A stretch of 64,000 nucleotides of DNA from the human T2T-CHM13v2.0 reference genome, Homo sapiens, in the NCBI RefSeq assembly GCF_009914755.1, contig NC_060947.1; one strand, 5' to 3'. Shown here piece by piece: positions 55,637 through 64,000 of this stretch (within the stretch, counting starts at the first letter, position 1; each line of letters opens with the position of its first letter). The notes beneath the pieces were generated by a model, which was not told the origin of the DNA, searched no databases, and was given only the letters and a program-made list of their open reading frames with translations. A program made the position numbers and the translations under genes.

Positions 55637-56629
55637 CAAAAGTTACATAGAATTGAAAATCACATGAGATATTTTAATGTAAACATGGATATATGTAGAA
55701 TTTCCGTTATTTATTCAAGACAGAATGGCAAAGTAAAATTGTTAACATTTCTCTTATCACTAGATAAACCATTAACAGTGGGCCTAAGGAATCATCTTAC
55801 TTTCAAAATACATATTATTTAGGTTTTTTTTGTCATAACATGCCAATATTAGATTATAAAAAAATGAAATCAAATCTCATGAAGATTTGTAGTACAAAAG
55901 AAACCAAATTAAAATTACATTTAATACGTGATAATTTGACCTACCGAATTATTACAATACTCAATGGCACACAGTGCAAAATGGAATGAGATTTTTATTT
56001 TTTAGATAATTAAAAATTAAAGTAATATCTCTATTCTTTTAAATTATTAACAGTATTTCATAATTCAGAACAAAGCATCTTTAAGGGAAAGCAGCATAAT
56101 TTTTATAGGTGTGTTTACTTTTTCTTGGGGACCTACTATAAAATGGCTTTTACTTCTTTGTTCTATAATTTGGATAATAATGGAAAGGAATAGAAAAATT
56201 ATAGTTATTTCACTCTGATATGCAATATAACCTTTCTCTTCAGAAGAGCAAATTAATTATTTTTGTAAATCATATGAATTCACTTAATGGTTTTCTGATG
56301 CATAAATATATATGCACACCATTTACTTTACATTAAACCATTAAATTGAAACGTTAAATTGCAATGATGATACAGTCTAATCTAAACTAATAGAAATTTG
56401 GTTTCATATTAGCAGATGAAGCTTCCTGCAAAAATCTACTCTGTACAGCCATCATATAAAGTCGAGCAAATGGGAAATAATTGCTTAAAGGCAATCTCCA
56501 TAAGTAGCAATCAACAACCCAACCTCTAGGTAGTTGAGAGTAGTAGTAAGATATTAAATACTGGCTTGCCGAATGTATATATTGAGTGCATATATTATGA
56601 TAAGCAAAAGGGTTTACCAAACACATCCA

Positions 56630-56818
56630 CACTCATTGTCATTTTATTCTCACAATAAATCTGAGAGTAAAGTATTATTTCTTCATGTTTTTGGTAAGGA
56701 AACTGAGTCTCATAGGAAATTAATGAAGCTTGTGGAGAAGGTAATTTACTAAATGATCAAGCCAGAACTGTACTTGGGGTATATGTGGCTCCATAGCCCA
56801 TGATCATTCTACTGCATC
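56630..56818 (-). mobile_element. MIR
   Basis: ttattctcacaataaatctgagag...taaggaaactgagtctca...ggctccatagcccatg. Confidence 0.75.
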
Positions 56819-57102
56819 TTTAAATGTAAAGTGAATACATGACCGACGTAAATTTTGTCAATTAAAAATAAAAACCATTAAAAGTTTAAGTTTTGAGTGG
56901 TTGTTGAACTTCCTATAAAAGTTTGAAAGAATAGATATTTAAGACAATGTATTCTTCACAAGTGTATCTAGGGGTAATCCTACTTAAAATGAGGTGTCCT
57001 AGCAAATTTAGAAGTATGACAGAAGTAATTATATCATGTTAATGCATTCACATAGTAGGGAGAGAATCAAACCAGTTAATTGAAACTAAACTAATTTAAA
57101 CC

Positions 57103-57692
57103 TGTGGTAGGCAGAATTCTAAGATTGCTCTCAAAATTCCACTCACTGGTGTACACACCAGGTATAATTCCCTATACTTGAATGTGGGTGAAACCTGTGA
57201 CTATGATAAGATAGTCTGTCTTTTGATTAGATTAAATTATGTGGTCAATGGTGGTTGAAGATCACTCCTGTAAGTAGGTTACAATTATATGAGGCTCTTT
57301 TCTGGCAGATCAGAGAGGAAAAAAATGTTAGAGAGATGTTGTTCTGCTAGCCAGTAAGAAAGTAAACAGCATTGTTGTAAATAGCATGGCTTATAGGGAT
57401 TATGTGACAAGAAAATGCAGTGGCCTCTAAGAGCTAAAAGACCAATAGTTACCAAAAAAAAAAAAAAAAAATAGCCACAATCAACTAATGTGGGCCAACA
57501 ACCACTGGGAAAGAACCCTAATCTTCAGGTAAGAACACAGCCCCAGCCAATACCTTGTTTTCAGCCTGGTGAAACCTGAGCAAAGGACCTAGCCATATGA
57601 GGCATGGATTCTTGATCCATGGAAACAGCCATGTTGTTGTAAACCATTAACTGCATGGTGATTTGCCACAAAAGCAATGGAAAACAAATACA
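57103..57692 (+). mobile_element. MLT1E/F-type solo LTR
   Basis: tgtggtaggcagaattctaagat...cacagccccagccaataccttg...gcaatggaaaacaaataca. Confidence 0.85.
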
Positions 57693-59265
57693 AGTCCCTT
57701 GACTAGTCATTCAATTTTTATTTTGCATTCCAATTTGCAGATGAGCAAAGTGTGATCAGAAAGCCTAGTAAGGCCATACCTCTAACGTCTTGCTTTATAT
57801 ATCAATGTGATTAAATAATGTTTCAGTTATATTTCTATTGAGGTCAATGATGAAATTTATTTAGAAATATGACATCCTAAGATTTTTATGTAGAAAGCAT
57901 TGGGGTTATTCAAGGGTTGAGAAAGAGAATATCAAAATGTGGATAAACATTCTAATTAAGAGTTTAAAGTGTCTTAATTAGGTAAAATAATAATAGATTT
58001 GATCAAGCAAATCAACTTAAAGCTCAGTTAACAAAGTATTTAATTGTAATTATTTTGTCAACTAAGTATAGCTCTCCAAAAATATAAGTCCTTAGGTATA
58101 ACTTAGAAAATATTAGGACTAAGTAGTTTAGTATGGATAAAATAGTTTTGAAATTTATCCCATGCACATCTTCTTCCATAGAAAGGAGAAAATCTTTATA
58201 AAAGTCTAATCAGTATTAAAATGTCACATTACATTATTCACTACTCATCTAACCCAAGTCCTTTTTCAATGGGCCTAAAGCAAAGTGATTCAGTAATGTG
58301 ACTTTGACAATTCAAAAACATGAGAAAGACAGTCTTTAAAACAGCACAACTACTTTAAAATAAGCAGTGAAAGATGCCAAAACTTTTGTTTTGTAGCTTA
58401 ACATAGCTTCTCTCTTTAGTTTTTATTTTCATGTAAATTTAAGTTTACTGCATCTTTACTACTGTATGAAATAAAAATCATTATTATGCTTTTCTCCTAC
58501 TGTCATACATTTCTATAGTATAATGAACATTAGAGAATTTTTATCACATAAATATGCATATATAGCAAATACTCAACTTGAAGTATTGTAACAAAAATGC
58601 CAATTAGATTTCTATATTATTTGTAATGGTGTGATTCTAACTTGTAAAGAAAAAATATATCTTAATGCTTTTAAATTTTGTGAATAAGAAGGACCCTGAA
58701 CCAGTTAAAATCACATTTTGGAATCTCATTAATCATATCTTATAAGTACTGAAGCACATACAAGATTGCTCTGCAATATTTTCTTCATCTATCCTTGGTT
58801 CAAATCATCTGAAATAAATAAATGAAAAAGGTTGCAAAGATTGAGTACTTGACTAATAAATAATATGTTTTAATATAATTTATGATATACAGCCTATTAT
58901 TAACAAAAACTATTAATAATGCTAAATACATGAAATTTGATTTTAATATAACATAGTCTTAATTGAATAAATTTACTTCTCACAATTTTATTATTAATTA
59001 ACCAGTAACCATAGATGCATACTTGTCTTTACACAATATATAGAGGAAATGTTTGCTTTTTAATTACCATATATGTAGGTTACATTGAATTTCATTTATA
59101 ATTTTAAAAAGTGAAACAACTTTTATTCATACCAGGTAAGAGATGATATTCAAAAGAATATAAATCTTATAAATCAAGATAAATGTTGATCATAGTTTAA
59201 TTTCAGAGCATCTGCCCTGTTTACAACCTCGAGCGTTTCAAGAAAAGTAGAAAAGTTATTAAAAC

Positions 59266-59518
59266 AACCAAACGCCGCATGTTTTCACTCATAGGTGGGA
59301 ATTGAACAATGAGAACACATGGACACAGGAAGGGGAACATCACACACCGGGACCTGTTGTGGGGTAGGGGGAGGGGGGAGGGATAGCATTAGGAGATATA
59401 CCTAATGTTAAATGACGAGTTAATGGGTGCAGCACACCAACATGGCACATGTATACATATATAACTAACCTGCACGTGGTGCACATGTACCCTAAAACTT
59501 AAAGTATAATAAAAAAAA
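59266..59518 (+). mobile_element. L1PA3/4 3' end (about 250 bp)
   Basis: ataggtgggaattgaacaatgagaacacatggacacaggaagggg...ggagatatacctaatgttaaatgacgag...cctaaaacttaaagtataataaaa. Confidence 0.95.
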
Positions 59519-59789
59519 GCCAAAGCTAACAAAAACCAAATGATCAGCAATCCATTCAATTTTGAAAGTTGAGTGCTTATATCCCAAGGTAATAGATTTG
59601 TTATTTTAATGGTTATGACTATAAAATACATGTATGTTCAAAAATATAAACATATATAAACAAGGAAATGTGTGTGCATTTCTCTTTCCAACTCCAGCTT
59701 CTAGCCCTGTAGAAAAGAGATAAACATTTTCAGCATTTTCTTGTATATTATTCCAGGATATATATATATATATATGTCCAAAATTTATG

Positions 59790-60260
59790 CAAGCATCCAT
59801 GCAGAGTGGTACACATTTTTATTTGTGGTAGCTGAAAAGTAGAACAAACTGAAATGTTTATGAACAGGTGGTTTACCCATAAAATAAAATATAACTCAGT
59901 AATAAAAAAGGAATGAAGTGTTGATACATGCAACAACATAGATGAATCATATGAAGCTATACAATACCATTGAATTGCGACATGTTTTTTAAACAGCTGC
60001 ATAATGCCCCCTTGTGTAAAAATAATATTATTTTGTTAGTGCTAATGTTAGTACTAGTACTATTTTGTTAGTATTTTGTTAGTTACATAGTTTCCAGTTT
60101 TGTTTTTACTATTACAGACATTTATGTGATTAACATCATTCTATACATTTGTTTGTACGTATATAAAAGAATATTTCTAAAAAAATGTAGCACTCAGATT
60201 TCTTGGTGAAAAAATGAGCTCATTTTAAGTTTTCATATATAGCATAAAATGTTCCTTAAA
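59790..60260. mobile_element. L1ME 3' fragments in both orientations
   Basis: Plus strand: aaaaaggaatgaagtgttgatacatgcaacaacatagatgaatc. Minus strand: ttttaaacagctgcataat...tttccagttttg...actattacaga. Confidence 0.55.
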
Positions 60261-60329
60261 ATAATTGAACTAGTTTACAACTAAATTGTGTGTTTATTTA
60301 TCTTTGTGTATGTTTAAACTGTTTTAGGT

Positions 60330-61055
60330 AACAGAGCCATAAAATGAGCTAAGAATACAGCAGTAGACATAACAAGAAAGGTGACTGTCTGCTCTTAGAG
60401 TGCGTTTATTATAGTAAGGGGCACAAGCCAACAAATTATCCAATAAATCAAAAGATTTTAGGTAGAAAAGCAAATAAGACAGGGTGAGCTGATAGAGCAC
60501 GGTAAGGGGACAGGGGAAGTTAGATTAGGTGACATTTGTGCTGAGACTCGAATAACAAGAAATGACCAGCCTGTTGAAGATATGGGGACAGAGAGCTCCA
60601 GGCAGAAAGAATAAAGGTAAGGCATGAGTTATATTGGTATGTTTGATAAATAAGAAAAACAAAGAAAAATAAAAATAAAAGACCACTGTAAATAAAATAT
60701 AATGCATATGAAGGTGAGTGAATACCAGTGAGGTCTTAGAGGTTGGCAGCGAATAGAACCTGATAAAATAATAAGAAACTCTGTATTTTTTCTGAGCACA
60801 ATGGGAAGACATTGGGGTTTGGAAAATGAGAAATCACAAGACATGTTTATTTCAGGAAAATTCCTGTGGCTAATGATTGCAGAACTAATTTTCAGAGGGC
60901 GAAAGCAGAATCAAGAATTCTATCTAAAGGATTTTTACAGTATTCCACTTAATATAATAACATATTAAAAGATAGAGGTGGAAAAGCTAAAGAGAGGACT
61001 GATTCTAACTATATTGTGGATAGAATTCCTGATATGTTGAATGTGGTGTGTGATA
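60330..61055 (-). mobile_element. L2 (L2a-like) fragment
   Basis: aggtgacatttgtgctgagac...ccaggcagaaagaata...aatgggaagacattgg, typical of reverse L2. Confidence 0.75.
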
Positions 61056-61144
61056 AAAATAATCAAAATTTGTTTATAACCAGTTAGAATTAGTCTTCTT
61101 TCATTGATCATTATTTTCAATTTTTTTCTAGCTCTCTTCAGATA

Positions 61145-61725
61145 TTTTTAATAGACTTTAATATTTAGAGCAATTTTAGGATCACACCAAAATTGAGCTG
61201 AAGGTATTGAGATTTTCCATATACCCACTACTCCCACACATGCATAACCTCCCCCATTCTCAAAATTCCCCATCAGAGTGGTACATTTGTTATAATTGAT
61301 GAACCTAAATTGACACATCATTATTACTCAGAGTCCATAGTTTACACTAGGATTCACTTTTTGTGTACGTTCTATGAGTTTTGGACAAATGCATAATGAC
61401 ATATGTCCACCATTATAGTATCATACAGTGTAGCTTCACTACTCTGAAAATCCTTCTGCCTCCACCTACTCATCTTTTCCATTTCCCTAATCCTGGGCAA
61501 ACTGAATTTTTAATTGGCTCCAATATTCCAACATTGTTGTGCCTTTTCTAGAATGTCATCTAGCTAGAATCATATAGTATGTAACTTTTTCAAATTGGCT
61601 TATTTTACTGAGTGATATGTGGGCATTTTAACTTCCATGTCCTTCATGGCTTAATACATCATTTATTTTTAGCTCTAAATAATAGTCCATCATCTGGGTG
61701 TAGCAAACTTTATTTATCCACTTTA
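61145..61725 (-). mobile_element. L1MC1 3' end
   Basis: atagactttaatatttagagcaattttagg...catcagagtggtacatttgttataattgatgaacc...gtccatagtttacactagg. Confidence 0.88.
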
Positions 61726-61727
61726 TT

Positions 61728-61935
61728 TACTCTAAGCCCCAGATTTATTATTTATAAAATGGTGAAATAAGATTACTTAGATAGATGAGTCACAATATGG
61801 ATAAAATAAAATAGTAGTTGTAACTTTGCACTTACATAGATGAGTCATGATAGGGATTAAATTGAATAATATTTTATGCCATTTAGCATAATGTCTGGAA
61901 TATAATAAGAGCAAAACAAATATTAGCCATTAGTA
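61728..61935 (+). mobile_element. MIR 3' half with an internal duplication
   Basis: ctctaagccccagattt...tataaaatgg...gggattaaattgaataat...atttagcataatgtctggaatataataag. Confidence 0.7.
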
Positions 61936-62012
61936 TTAATAGTGGTAGTATAACAGTAGTAGCAGTAATAATAGTAGTAGCAGCAGTAATGGCAGTAGTA
62001 GCAGCAGTAGCA
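61936..62012. repeat. Degenerate (TAG/CAG/TAA)n trinucleotide tract
   Basis: agtagtagcagtaataatagtagtagcagcagtaatggcagtagtagcagcagtagca, following the MIR tail. Confidence 0.85.
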
Positions 62013-62439
62013 AAGTTTTGCAGAGTATCTAGTATCTTGTTAGGTATAAATTGATTATAAAGATATATGGACAGTTCAGCATTACAAAGTTATAATTCAA
62101 AGTGGGTTACATAAATATGGATTTGAAGGTACCCTGCAAAAGTTATGATTGTTTGTAAAATTAAGGCTTATATTAGATATGAATGGAATATTTCTGAAGG
62201 TTTTACAAGTCATAAAAATTTTACAAGTTAATGAACAGGTTATCTACTAGGATTGTTGGTAACTAGGCAACTGTGTCTGGGTAATTAATTTCCATTAAGA
62301 ATATAATTTTAAACATGACCTTCTGGCACATTTTCTTCTACATGTGGGGGAAATAGTTTTATAGTCTTTTTGCAATAATGTTTTAATATATTTATATCCA
62401 AGTGATGTTTTTACTAGAGTTCATATATAGAAAATTTTC

Positions 62440-62855
62440 CATCTTAGTCCATTTGTATTGCTGTAGCAAAGTACCCAGGGCTGGGTAATTTATAAAGAAT
62501 GGTAATTTATTTCTCACAGTTCTGGAAATCCAAGGTGAATGTGCTGGCAGATTGGGTATCTGCCAAAAGCAGCAATCTTAATACTGCTTTTGCTTAGCCC
62601 ATAACTTGGTATATTGAGTTTCCATTTGAGTCCCTACTTCAAAGATGGCATCATTTTGTTGTATCTTCCAGAAGGGAAAAACACTGCAATCTCACATGGA
62701 AGAAGGAACAAAAAGGATCAATCCACTCCGTCATGTCATTTCATAAACATCTGCCCTCGTGACTTAAAACATCCTAAAGGCCCCACTTCAAACTTATCAC
62801 ATTGGTGGTTACGTTTCAACATATGAATTTTGAAAGACACATTTATCCCGTAGTA
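62440..62855 (-). mobile_element. MSTD/MLT1A-type LTR
   Basis: tcttagtccatttgtattgct...ctgggtaatttataaagaa...cctaaaggccccact...tttcaacatatgaatttt. Confidence 0.82.
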
Positions 62856-63184
62856 CTATATTTTATATGTAAGTGAGCAGAGTTATCTATTAGTCAAAAG
62901 GCTGTATGCTCTTATCAACTGCAGAACTAGATCCACTATAGCACATTTGTATATCATCAGTTTTACTGGCAACATAATTATCAAGGTAAATGTGTACCTT
63001 GAATGAGTTTTCAATTAAAAATAATGAAGTAATTGATAATACAAAGAATTTCATGTGTAATCTGTGGCCTAAATGTTAATCCTGCCGATGGGAGGAAGGC
63101 AGACTGGGAGACCATTTAAAAATTGCCCTCTTGATTTTCAGTGATGTTCTTTGATTACTGCATGTAATGCTTTAATGAATTATA

Positions 63185-63480
63185 TTTTAATAGCTTTATT
63201 CATTACAATTTACATGCCACAGAATTATGAGCGTACAGTTCAATGATTTTTTTTAGTAAATCAATGAGTTATGCTGCCATCCATGACCATAAATCAGTTT
63301 TAGAACATTTCCATCACTTCAAAAAGTTGCCCTATGCTCATTTGCAGTCTATTGTCACTAATCCTTCCAGCCGCACACAACCAATCTGCATTATGTCTCT
63401 ATAAAGAAGTCTTTTCTGGATATTTAATTTTAATAGAATCATATAAAATATAGTATTTTGCATTGATTTATTTATCTGGT
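63185..63480 (-). mobile_element. L1MB-type 3' end
   Basis: aatagctttatt...gtacagttcaatgatttt...ttttagaacatttccatcac...aatagaatcata. Confidence 0.75.
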
Positions 63481-63599
63481 TGGAACATCTCTCCTCTTTG
63501 ACTGGTGGATATAGTCCATTAGAATGTGTTGCAGTTATTGATGTGATTAGATTTATGTCTCAAATTTTGCTATATGTGTGACTATTTTATGTTTTATTT

Positions 63600-64000
63600 T
63601 CTTTTAAAAAATAATTTTTTGGTTGACAAAACTTGTATAAATTTGTCGTGTGCAATAAGATGGCTTGAAATATGTATACATTGTGGAATGGCTAAATTAA
63701 GCTAATTAACCTATGCATTAGTTCACAGGTTGAACACTTTTTTGTGGTGAGAACACTTAAAATCACTCTTTTAGTGATTTTCCAAAAACACATAAATAAG
63801 TATGCTGAAGAGATATCTGCAGGCCTATGGTTACTGCAGCATTGTTCACAATTTCAAGGATATAGAACTAACCTAACTGTCCATCAACAGAAGAATACAG
63901 AAAATGAGGCATATATACACAATGGAATATTATTTAGCCTTTAAAAAGAATACAATTCTGCCATTTATGACAACATGAATGAAGCTAGAGGACATTGTAT
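63600..64000. mobile_element. L1MA(8-like) 3' end on - (about 63600-63795) joined to an upstream L1 segment on + (about 63800-64000)
   Basis: Minus: gaaatatgtatacattgtggaatggctaaat...gtggtgagaacacttaaaatc. Plus: gaagagatatctgc...cacaatggaatattatttagcc. Confidence 0.8.

Noticed and set aside
56387-56632. 81-aa minus-strand ORF and a possible plus-strand exon (ag|ATGAAGCTT...)
   Set aside because: No recognisable homology, weak splice signals, and a length expected by chance.

Overview
This is AT-rich, CpG-poor primate genomic DNA (human or ape-like, given AluY and L1PA3-5), mostly interspersed repeats. It contains a near full-length L1MA1-3 (2.7-15.6 kb) carrying a nested 5'-truncated L1PA14-like element and an MST solo LTR. 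It also has an L1MD/MC element interrupted by THE1 and L1MC1, two L1PA16-like elements with 5' ends, a complete LTR-int-LTR MSTB provirus, five Alus, and several MLT, THE1, MIR, L2 and hAT relics. The longer ORFs in the track are decayed L1 ORF1/ORF2 pieces, antisense L1 5'UTR ORFs or Alu/LTR ORFs; the rest are short and unrecognisable. I can support no intact protein-coding gene, RNA gene, CRISPR array or new biological system. One weak terminal-exon candidate lies at about 40.2 kb. The most interesting signals are repair and retrotransposition scars read from the sequence: locally templated duplications (10.4 kb, 53.7 kb), serial AT-rich hairpins (34.2 kb), a tiny 3' transduction (18.4 kb), a probable insertion-mediated deletion (4.6/9.5 kb), twin-priming-like inversions, a tailless Alu and an octamer palindrome. 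Subfamily names come from my recollection of consensus sequences, and edges of old repeats are approximate.
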